64,000 nucleotides of DNA. It comes from Paramoeba atlantica. Taxonomy: Eukaryota > Protista > Discosea. Positions 23,608-33,319 of this stretch are shown here, piece by piece. The first letter of the stretch is position 1. Every line of letters begins with the position of its first letter. Position numbers and translations under genes: made by a program. The stretch lies in the NCBI GenBank assembly GCA_977017575.1, contig CDRNVI010000157.1:1-64000 (forward strand), in the 5' to 3' direction. The notes beneath the pieces were generated by a model. The model had not been told where the DNA came from. It worked only from the letters and a program-made list of their open reading frames with translations, and did not search any database.

Positions 23608-23843
23608 CACTTTTTCGCAAATTTCTAGAAAAACTTGCAATTGACGTTGCCACCTACCGTTTTGAGCCACCTACCATTTTACAAAAAATGGCATTTATCC
23701 GGGAAACGATATATCCTTCACAGGAGGGTTGTGTAAAAGCTCTCGAATGCGCTATTAATTTCTAAAATTTACCAAACATTTGCAAATTTGAGACCCCCCC
23801 AGCATTAGCTGATCCCCCCTGTACATGTATTTACACATGTATA

Positions 23844-24300
23844 CAGGGGTGAAAACTTCCATCTGGGGGGGGGGTCTAAAATTTGCAAAAACTTTTCAAT
23901 TTCGGAAAATAATACTGCATTCGAGAGCTCTCGAAGAGTTGTATGTCTTTGCACTGGTGGCTTTTGACATATCAAATTAGAACTCCAAATACCGAATAGG
24001 ACAAAAAAACAAATTGTCACTTAAAGAAAAATAAAAAATCTCAGATATTTTTAGGAAACATTATTTTAAAACCCATGTTGCATCCACAATATGCACCCTT
24101 CTTTTCTACGATGATTCTACAACGTTTTCTGAAGTTTTTAAACTTATTATCGAACTTATCTTTGTCTTTTGCCTGAAGTTTATCGTAAAAAACATGAATC
24201 GTTCCACCCAGAGTTTCACAGTTCCCTAGTGGACCCAAACACTTTGGTAAGTCCGGGAATAAGACTGTGTTTTCTCGAAGTCGGACACAAGAAGTAATCT
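23844..24300 (-). mobile_element. Tc1-like deletion remnant
   Basis: TIR TA|CAGGGGTG resembles the 8163 TIR. The minus strand gives TVKLWVERF (HTH) and FRKRCRIIVEKKGAYCG (C-terminus). Confidence 0.65.
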
Positions 24301-24301
24301 T

Positions 24302-24354
24302 TGTACATACACATGTACATACACATGTACATACACATGTACATACACATGTAT
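24302..24354. repeat. (TACATACACATG)x4 minisatellite
   Basis: Direct reading. Confidence 0.95.
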
Positions 24355-24593
24355 ATAAATGTAATATCCATTTCACAGGGATACTCCCCAATTTTATCTT
24401 TTAAGACGTCTCCATTTTTCATTGGCCAGAAGCGTGTTTCCAGATTCCGTGAAAATGGGATTCTTTATCGCCACCACTATAATGCCTTTACATTTACCCA
24501 AGCGCGCCTATAGCACCAGGATCTATTCGAAAACCATCAAACAAATTAGCAATTTATTGTTAGCATTCTGGACTTTACGGAATCTGCTGCCGA

Positions 24594-25238
24594 TCAAGGG
24601 AAGGGAGATTCTGCAGGATCCCACACTTCAACACAAGAAGGGATCTCTCCCATAGGAAACGTTACTTTTGTGTTATAGAGCGTGAGTGTGTGTAAGCTGT
24701 GCGGAAGTTTCGAAAAATCAGGAACACCTTCAATAGGATTGTCATTCAAACGAATCGAACCCATGGTTCCTGGAAGACCAGCAAAATTTACACTGCCTTG
24801 TAGGTTGTTCTCGCTGAGGTCTAACACGCGCAGCGTAGGAGGAAGGTCATTCACTTCAATGGACCCGCTGATGCCCAGATCAATAAGCAGTAACTCTAAT
24901 AGAGCTCGTGGTAATAACGAAAAGCTAACGTATGGAATCACGCCTTTTTTGTACTTGTAGAGTCCGTCGAGGTCTCTATTGTAGGCGGAGCTCAAATTCA
25001 AGAGTAATAATGAATTCGGCAAACTAGACCACTGGAAGGCGCCAGAAAGTCCGAATCCTTTCCATTCTAGCCCTACTACATTATGCGTTTCATCACAAGT
25101 CACACCCTCCCAGTCACATGCAGGCGTGTGCGTGGACCATGATTTTCTAGGGTTCGGAATGTCCTTAATGAAAAGAGCAAGAGAGTACTCCTGTGGTAAA
25201 CCTGCACTACGAACTCGATGCGCCACACTTTCTGACAT
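24594..25238 (-). CDS. Short LRR protein
   Basis: RVRSAGLPQEY, CDWEGVTC cap and ~4 LRRs. Likely ATG at 25238. Confidence 0.88.
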   Translation of the reverse strand: MSESVAHRVRSAGLPQEYSLALFIKDIPNPRKSWSTHTPACDWEGVTCDETHNVVGLEWKGFGLSGAFQWSSLPNSLLLLNLSSAYNRDLDGLYKYKKGVIPYVSFSLLPRALLELLLIDLGISGSIEVNDLPPTLRVLDLSENNLQGSVNFAGLPGTMGSIRLNDNPIEGVPDFSKLPHSLHTLTLYNTKVTFPMGEIPSCVEVWDPAESPFP

Positions 25239-25611
25239 ACTGTAGTTGTAAAAGCGAAAATACAAGGGATATGCTTCAACAGCAAAAGAATTAAGTGTAT
25301 AGAATTAAGGTTTAAAAAGAATTTATAGGCACAGTAATCAGAGAGATCTTCAATGCGCTAATATTTTCCGAAATTTGGAAAATATTTCAAGCTTTAGACC
25401 CCAGCATTCGCTTTGAACTATGATAAAATGATCTGATCTACTTTCCCCAAAGAAATGTTTTTACCGTTTTTAAAATCTCGGCATAATTACTAGCCTAACT
25501 AGATGGAACTCTATCTTTTAATGCACAAATAGCCTAATCGTGAACAACTATTCAAAGAACTATTCAAAGATTTCAAATCATTTCGTCTATCTTTCATACG
25601 GTCTCACAACA

Positions 25612-26436
25612 CTACGGTGACACAAGTGCAATTTTCGTGTTTCTAATGTTAAGATTAAACCCAACCTTGTCGGGAAGCAAACGCTTTTCGATCTCGCCAT
25701 GCAGCATTACGTTATTTGACAAATCGAGCTGGTGCAATGTACTAGGAAGGCTTCTTACGTCAATTTTGCCGGAAAACCTATTTGTGTATAGTCGAAGGTG
25801 GCATAAGTTTGGGAGATCACGCAAACACACTTTTCCTGATAGCTGATTACGGTCGAGAGAGAGATATTGCAAGTCTGAAGGTAATTCGGTTAAGCAAATT
25901 TCACCGGTAAATCGGTTAGCAGAGAGGTCCAGATCGCGCATATTTGGAGGGAGAGCTGTTAAGTCCAATGGTCCACTAAGCTCATTGTCCCGAAGACCTA
26001 AAGAAACCAACTTGCAAGACAAAACGTTCAGTGGCACTTCGCCTGAAACTTTGGTAATAAAAACATGGAACCTGTGTACGGTCTTTGGGAGATAACCAAA
26101 ATTCAACGAGCCTGTGAGTTGTTTGTATGACTTATTTGAAAATCCGTTCCAATTTATAACCGTAGTCTCATTCGCTTTATTACAAATCACGCCGTCCCAC
26201 TCGCAAGCCGGGGTTGGTGTATTCCACGAGGGATGCGGATTTCCAACATTGCGAACAAGTTGTGCAAGTTCGTATTCTTGTGGGAGATTTGCCATGCTCA
26301 CTCTTCCTCCACGTGCTCCGCGTATGGGCGTTACTTGTGCAATTTCTTGACGTACAGCAGAGTTGACTAAAGGCATAATTTTTCGACGCTTCACGGGGGA
26401 CTCCAAAGTGTCGCGTAAACGTGCAGTCAGCAGCAT
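25612..26436 (-). CDS. LRR protein, subfamily shared with 39449 and 58186
   Basis: GRVSMANLPQEYEL, CEWDGVIC cap and ~6 LRRs. Likely ATG at 26436 (MLLTARLRD). Confidence 0.9.
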   Translation of the reverse strand: MLLTARLRDTLESPVKRRKIMPLVNSAVRQEIAQVTPIRGARGGRVSMANLPQEYELAQLVRNVGNPHPSWNTPTPACEWDGVICNKANETTVINWNGFSNKSYKQLTGSLNFGYLPKTVHRFHVFITKVSGEVPLNVLSCKLVSLGLRDNELSGPLDLTALPPNMRDLDLSANRFTGEICLTELPSDLQYLSLDRNQLSGKVCLRDLPNLCHLRLYTNRFSGKIDVRSLPSTLHQLDLSNNVMLHGEIEKRLLPDKVGFNLNIRNTKIALVSP

Positions 26437-26609
26437 ACAAAAACTAAAATAAATACAAAAAGAGTGAATGATGGTGCACTGCAAGCTTAACAAAGTGAGT
26501 CTTTTTAGTGCTTCTTGACGGGCGGTCGAACTAGTTAAGGGGTAATTTTTTAAACTACCACCGCAATAAAAGTGGTTTAAAAATAACATGAACAATTGTT
26601 TCTGCTCAT

Positions 26610-26731
26610 GGAGTTGCGAGAGGCCTCCATACCCCACAGCTACCACCTTCTGTAGCAGGGGTCGTGAGCGACCCCTGATAAATTGCGGGAAGGTGGTAGT
26701 TGTATTGGCGAATATGAGAGGCCGAAACGCA
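26610..26731. repeat. ~120-nt imperfect fold-back, partial second copy at 61572-61640
   Basis: CTACCACCTTC/GAAGGTGGTAG stem enclosing AGGGGTCG-tgag-CGACCCCT, with outer GGCCTC/GAGGCC pairing. Confidence 0.7.
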
Positions 26732-29324
26732 CGGAAGGGCCTGTCAGGCCAATGAACCCAGACCTTGTTTTTCTGTGCTAAAAAACTGAAAAATTATGGG
26801 AGAAGTTTAAAAAAATCCCAAATCAACTCCCAGGCCGTTTCGTGAGAGTTTGGGACCTGATATACGCGTAAAGGCCAAAATTCAACTGGAATCCGCAGAG
26901 GAAGGACGCAGAGGAAGGAGAAGAAAAAGGCAGAAGGCGGAGCCTTTTGTCTCTTTCCCGCGGTGACGACGACTTCCTCGCGTGGGAAGCTGTAAGAAGT
27001 ACTAGAGAGTGCTGTAAGGAGTAATGTAACCCAGGCTAAAGTGGGCGAGGGAGATACTAATGGCGCCTTTGGCAAAATACCACAAAATTGGAATGGTATC
27101 TCCCGGTTTGTAAAGCAATCTGATGTGTCAAAAAAATCGTTAACGAGAGATAATGTTCTACTTTTGTGGTGGTTTGCCAAAGGTACCTTTAGCATCTCCC
27201 TCGTGCACTTTAGCCTGACGAAACGTTTTATAGGCGAAAAAGTCCATTTATCAAAATTAATCACTGGGGGAAGCTGTCCACCCACAACATTGTCAGCAAC
27301 ATACTATGCTAACGATAACATAACGTCAACATATTGAAAACCTCCTGTCAATTTCTTCTTTAACATAATGTCAACACAAAATACACTTGTCATTTGACTT
27401 TTTGGCTTATAGAAAATATGGGTCATTGAAAAAATAAGGAATTAGCAACAATGTATTTCGTCAACTTGATCTCTGTCTCTATGCCTATGTTATTGAATCT
27501 GATCTCGAGGACAATACTGAGCACGGCGAGGACGAGGCATCTATTAACGTTCGAAAGGCACAAGAAGCCTTGGTTCAAGATATAGAGAATAAACTTGTGC
27601 AACTCCGCCGTGAACTCATGAAGCAAAATTATCTTTCTCCCAACTTGCAAAAGAAAGTTGATGAGGCCGCGCAAAGGATTATTGATTATAAGGAGCAGGT
27701 GGGAGAATTAAAATGATATCGCTCCCTATCTGGAAAAGATCTGTCTCGGTTGCTTGCCGGTGATGAATGAGACAGACAGTGATAATACTCCATGTACAAA
27801 ATGTAAGAAACTTCTATCCTTACGAGACGACAGAGGTCATTGGGGCATTTTTCCTGAATCGCAATTACGTCAGATTCGCTTTGCTGCCTCTATCGCGCGA
27901 CACAACTTGTTGTACTTTTTCTCCTAGCTCATCTTCTCTCTCCCGGAAACGGGCATATTTTCACAATCTCAATGCCCATTTCCGGATGGCGCTAGGAGAG
28001 GAACTGTCCCTCTTGTCGCAAAGTAGGGGTGCGCCTCCCTTCCCTTATCTCCCACCACCCCGCTCGGAACACGGTTCCGAGTCCCCATGCGCTGCAGGAC
28101 CCTACTACGGGACCACGCGGCGTGCCTTCACTATCCGGCGACACCGGTACTTCTGCGCGTAGAAGGCTTCCATATACCGAAAATCTCCCACACGGCGAGC
28201 AAACACGTTGTATGCGTGTTCTAGAGGATGTTCCGTGCGCCTCTCTTGCTCACCAGCCGTGGCGGATTCTCTGGGACCCCGATGCCCATGATACATCATG
28301 AATCATGACTCCATTTGTCAGCATGCATCCATGGCCCTGACCATGTTGTATCATGAACCATGGAAGTCATTTGTAGCATGTACGATGGGAATACCATCCG
28401 TGTCCCACGAATCCGTATGTCTTCCCTGGAGCATTGCGCTCACTGAACATCTGGGAACACCTTATCTCGATGAGGCCGTCTCTTTTCGCTTTCCTGGGGA
28501 GGATATCCCGCGCTTTTCCGTGTTGCCTCGGGAGGCGAAAAGGTCCAGCAAGGAACATTGATTGCGTTTACCCCTGCTCGACCTAATTATCTCTACAGGT
28601 ACTGCCCTGTATGAACAAACAACCTCTTGCGCCTACATATCGAATATTTTGCAGTCCAGACAACAAACTTCTTCCTCATGCAGAAACTTATTTCTTATCT
28701 CGCTTTGTTCTTCGGGGCCCTCCATAAATTTTTGGAGTCGAAGTGCCAGTGTGAGTGTGGAGGGCAAAATCGTGCCGTTGGATGGAGTCCTGAAGGAACA
28801 CATCTTGACTTCACTCGTCAGGACGTTGTTCTGGTACTAGGACTAACTTATCGATGCAATTCATGCATCGGTGTCGGTTGTCCTATGAGGATACTCTCTT
28901 GAGCCGATGGCCCCCGTGCGTGGTAAAATCTTGGCGAATCTTTAATCTAAAGCACTACATCATGGCAATCGATCTCTGCAACGAGTGGTGTGAGATGTAC
29001 ACAAGCAGTAATTTGACCTACTCTAGAATATCGTACGGTCCCCCCTACTTAAGAGTCCGCCGATTTTGGGCTTTTGGACTCTTAAGTAGGGGGGTCACAA
29101 TTTTCCGGACTCTTAAGTGGGGGGGTCAGCATTTTTTCACAAAATTTCAATATGACTTTACACAAGCGCGAACGTTTGTCGCCGCCGTGTAAGCGGTTGC
29201 GCTCAACTCGTTCCGACAGATGCCGACGAGCGGGTCCGGAACTTTCTCGAGATGATGAGTCTGATGAACGTCGATCGCAAAGGTTACTCTATCATCCTCA
29301 CGGCTAATGGCACCGGAGTTGTGT

Positions 29325-30830
29325 GGAAAACTGTAAGCAGTGCATAACTGCTGTAATGGTTTTTATGACAATAATTATTAATTGCGGTGGTTGTATAACT
29401 ACCGCTCTACCCTCGATTATTGAAAAAAAAGTGAACAAAAACGGTGAAAATATAAAGAGTCCTGCTACTCGTAGTTTTTGCAGAAACTACATGCAGCACG
29501 AACGTCGGTAGTGGGATGCAATTTGCGAAGCCCAAGGGGGTGGTATGGCGAGGGCCAGCGTGAGCGGGCCTGAGTCATACGCGACGTCGTTAGTGGGAAG
29601 CAATTTGCGAAGCCCCGTTTAACAACAACCACCGCTTTTTAACGAAGCAGCTAGCACGCCGATATTTTAAGCTTATGGTGCTGACTATTATTGTATGGGA
29701 AAGAACAAAATATCGCGCGTTGAAATAATACAAGTCAAATTTAAGTGTGGGGAAAAAGTGTAGCTCTAATGGTCCTAAAAAGTATGAGGCAAAGCATGAA
29801 AAAAAACCAGAAAATATCCGTATGTTAGAGTAGATGTTATTGCGCGCCCTGACAAAATAGTAACTGTACAACATTCTCAGAAACAAAATTCTCCGAACAC
29901 TATATTATTCACACTAACACTATAGTATATAAATTAGACCGTCTAATTCTATAATATTTAACTCCCAATTTGAATTATATCCCAGCGCAGCATCAACTAT
30001 TTATTTGTCAATTATTTTTTGTATGCTGAGGTTCGTCGTGTCTATTTCCCATTACAGGTATTAACTCACCATCGTCCACGTATTCCTCCTCGGTCTGTAG
30101 CGTGTCACCTTACCATTGCTTACCGTAATCTTTGTGTGCGCTACAGTATAATACAGATTTTTTAACTCGTCTCTGATTTTTAGGAAGCCTTCAAGTTCTG
30201 CATTAAAAGCTAAGCTCATGTTACGCAAGTTTTCGTGCACGAAATCGAATTCAATATGACCAGACAATTTATTGTCACACATATTAAGATAGACTAGAAA
30301 GGGTGGCAAGTGACGAAAATCTGGAGTGCCCGTGAACTTGTTGTTGGATATGGTAATGTCTTTCAATTTCGGAGGCAACTGATAGAAGGGAAACTCACCC
30401 GATAGAGAATTGGAGGCTAGTTGTAAAGTTTCCAATTCGCACGGCAAATAGTTTACATTGAACTGACCTTGTAGTTTCTCGCTAGGGCCCATCATGTGAC
30501 TCCAGATTATCCAAATCACGTCGCCCTTGTCGTTACATCTGACTCGATCCCATCTACATCCCGGGGTATCGGTGGACCATGACGGTGGAGGGTTTTCTAC
30601 GAGTCTCATCAAATCGTACTCCACGGGTAACGACACGGCACTGACTTTGGATGGACGAGATGTTCCAGTCACATTAGAACTGCTCGTTGAAGGCGTCGTC
30701 TCGGAAGAATTCGTTTCACTGTGGGCTTCCTTCCTTAACGGTTCCGTTACATCCGCCGAAGGCATAGAGCAAAGCATAGCAATAATCAATGTTTTAGAAA
30801 GACTAGCCTTGAAGTAATGTAAAGAAGTAC
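29325..30830. repeat. Partner of the 19425-20930 duplication
   Basis: Near-identical sequence. Confidence 0.9.
30061..30777 (-). CDS. LRR protein, paralogue of 20162-20884
   Basis: Same architecture. Likely ATG at 30777. Confidence 0.88.
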   Translation of the reverse strand: MLCSMPSADVTEPLRKEAHSETNSSETTPSTSSSNVTGTSRPSKVSAVSLPVEYDLMRLVENPPPSWSTDTPGCRWDRVRCNDKGDVIWIIWSHMMGPSEKLQGQFNVNYLPCELETLQLASNSLSGEFPFYQLPPKLKDITISNNKFTGTPDFRHLPPFLVYLNMCDNKLSGHIEFDFVHENLRNMSLAFNAELEGFLKIRDELKNLYYTVAHTKITVSNGKVTRYRPRRNTWTMVS

Positions 30831-32200
30831 AATTCCAGGTTGTGTTTCACGGGTAAAACAACTTTTTATGTGGGAAAAAAGGACCTTATCAAATATTATC
30901 TCGCCGCACCTCGTCACGGGCCCCACGTCAAAGGACGAAACAATTGGGGATCTTGCTAGACAGCACAAGGAAATTCGAGACAGGCATCCGAGATCCATCC
31001 ACTCTAGCTGGATCTCTCAATCACATAAATTCTCTGGTCAGTACATTGCCGACTATGGAAAGGAGCAGTAGTTCCGCAGCCTCAAGTTGAGATGTTTTGT
31101 CGTCCAAGTACTGTGACCCCCCCCTTTAATATGGACACTTTTTCGGCTTTTGTCCATAATAAAGGGGGGGGGGCGATGAAAGGGGTGTGAAAAAAAAATT
31201 GCCTTATTGGTAGCCAGGGGTTTATTATGTCCCAGCAATCCCCTTACGGAGGCATGTACATCGTGAGAGCGGAACCCCAATACACTCGATGGCCAACACA
31301 AATGTCAAACTCACGCTAAGCACATCCTCGATCCTACAAAAAATGACCAAGGAATAAAACTATGACGAGTGACCAGCTTGTCGCCTGAATCGGAACAAAA
31401 TGAAAACCCTGTATCGAAGGCATGCTCTAGGAAGCAATGCAGGAAGGCGTAGCTTTCCGATCGTTTGGAGAACACACGTAATCGAAACGCCCGTTCGCCA
31501 ACATTTTCTACCAATATTTATGCCCTCAGGTAATGGGCGTGTTCCGATCCAAACTAAGATTCATGAAGCATTGCAGGAAAATGTTTTTTGTCGGAACTTG
31601 CAGCACGAATTCTTCCTTCAAAGGTGGAGGTGGGAACTCATCCGGAATGATTCCTGTCGTGGCACGGTCGGCCGAATCGCTTTTTAGAGGTTTAACCGAT
31701 CCTGGTGCCTTCTGGCAAATATTGCCAAAAATGAGCAGGTTTAGAAGGTTAGAAAGATAGCTCTACTTCCCTCTTCACTCATTCTGCTTTTTGACTCCCA
31801 AAATCAACAGTTTTGGGATAAATAGCGTATCTGGACAAGTAAAGTATCGAAAAATCAATCTCTTTTCAAGGCTGACATACGTACCTTTCCTCAGACATAA
31901 ACGGACCTCGGGCAATAAATTTACGTACCTTTCCTCTGAGAATAAAGTTATGGGCTGCGGGTGAGGCCCAAAACGAGATCTCGCGGCAGCGGATTTGCCT
32001 CAGGAAGGTGGTTGGGCGGCGCCAAAACGAGATCATGCGAGATCACATGAGATCACACGAGATCATACCCGCAGCCCCTCGAATAATGAACGTATGAATC
32101 TATGACCCCAAGTTCAAATTCTCCTCCATAAATCTTCGCAATGCATTACACTCTTTCGTACACTCTTTCTTCTATATCCTACCCTGAGAGCATCGGCTAT

Positions 32201-33015
32201 TCAAATAAGCATGATATCCGGGGTCTGCGGTGGATCATACGAACTGAAACGGTTTGCCATCAACCGAAAAATCACAAAGCCATGCGGTAAATTCCCCCAT
32301 CGCACAACTCCGGAAAGTTCATTGCAGCTGAGATCCAAGCTGTACATAGTTTTCGGGAGCTTCGTTAAATCGATGGATCCGGAGAACGCGTTGCCACGAA
32401 GGAGCAAAGACTCCAGCGTGGGTGGGAGCGACGTAAGCACCAAAGGGCCCGTAAAGCCGCTCTCATTGGCCCAAACCATTTGAAGGGTACGTGGAAGTCG
32501 AGTGAGGTCGAATTCCCCGGCTAATAAATTGTTTGAAATGGAGAGCAGTTCGAGTTTTTGGGATAACGCCTCTAGTTCTATAGGACCTGAAAAATGGTTC
32601 TCGTCGAGCTTAAGTGTGGAGACACTCTCAGGAAGTGGATTCAGTCCTGTGGGAAGAGTACCAGAGAATTTACAGTGTTGCAACTCAAGACAAGTCAGAG
32701 CACGTGGCAGTGAGCCCCATGGAATCGTTCCGATCAGCTCCGTACCGTAAATAATACAAGTTTTGATCGTGTCGGGGAGAAGCTCCCAGCGCAGTTCCCC
32801 TTTATCCGTTGGGTAGCGAACTCAATATATCTTGGTCTTCCGTCTTCGTTTAATTTTACTCCTTCCCACTCGGTTAATGGGGTGGATTCCTTCCACGTAG
32901 AATGCGGATTCGTCACATGCTTTAAGAAACAAAGAAGTTGCACATGAGGGGGCAACAAGGTGTTCCTTACCTTAGCCCCGCGTGAGACGTCCGCGCAAAC
33001 AGTTCTCCGGAGCAT
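32201..33015 (-). pseudogene. LRR gene with a single frameshift near 32797-32800 (could be a sequencing error in a G4 run)
   Basis: MLRRTVCAD..GAKV..LLPP..TEWEGV..KG|ELRWELLPDTIKT..LPRALTCLELQHCKFSG.. is continuous after one 1-nt correction. Confidence 0.8.
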
Positions 33016-33175
33016 AAAAACGATAATCTGTAAACAACGTTCAGATTTTCTTAGATTTTACAGTGCACCAGTAGAGTAGTTAGGAGCTATTTCATGAAAT
33101 ATAGATTTCCTATAAACAAATGAGAGGTTGCGGTGGCGAGATTTCACTAGGTTTCACCTGCAGCCCCTCAAATTA

Positions 33176-33319
33176 CTGTGAACTTTTATACTTCCGCCGG
33201 TTTCAGACTTTTAGAACAACACGTTTAGGAGATTTTGAAGGGCGGAACCTGAACTTTTGAAATTTCTTTTATGGCTTATAAAGGGGTTTCACAGCCTGAA
33301 GTATAAAGGGGGGTATCAG
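33176..33319. mobile_element. 144-bp MITE related to the pogo-Ulp1 element TIR
   Basis: TA|CTGTGAACTTTTATACTTCCGCCGGTTTCAG ... GAAGTATAAAGGGGGGTATCAG|TA. Shares CTGAAACCGGCGGAAGTATA with 17035-17055. Confidence 0.7.

Larger units (their letters stand above)
21727..23821 (+). mobile_element. Decayed Tc1-like element (related to the 8163 family) with a foreign insert
   Basis: ~110-bp imperfect TIRs with TA flanks. Frameshifted transposase at ~21960-22980 (IIWCDEKFF, VMDNATVH, PIENLW, EGGHCGY*). Confidence 0.85.

Noticed and set aside
24041-24513. CVCT / MYIH repeat ORFs
   Set aside because: They are artefacts of the 12-bp minisatellite fused to a Tc1 remnant.
26660-26730. Hammerhead ribozyme (CTGATAA...CGAAAC)
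   Set aside because: The sequence between the two core motifs cannot form stem II. Similar attempts on the 97-bp repeats also failed.
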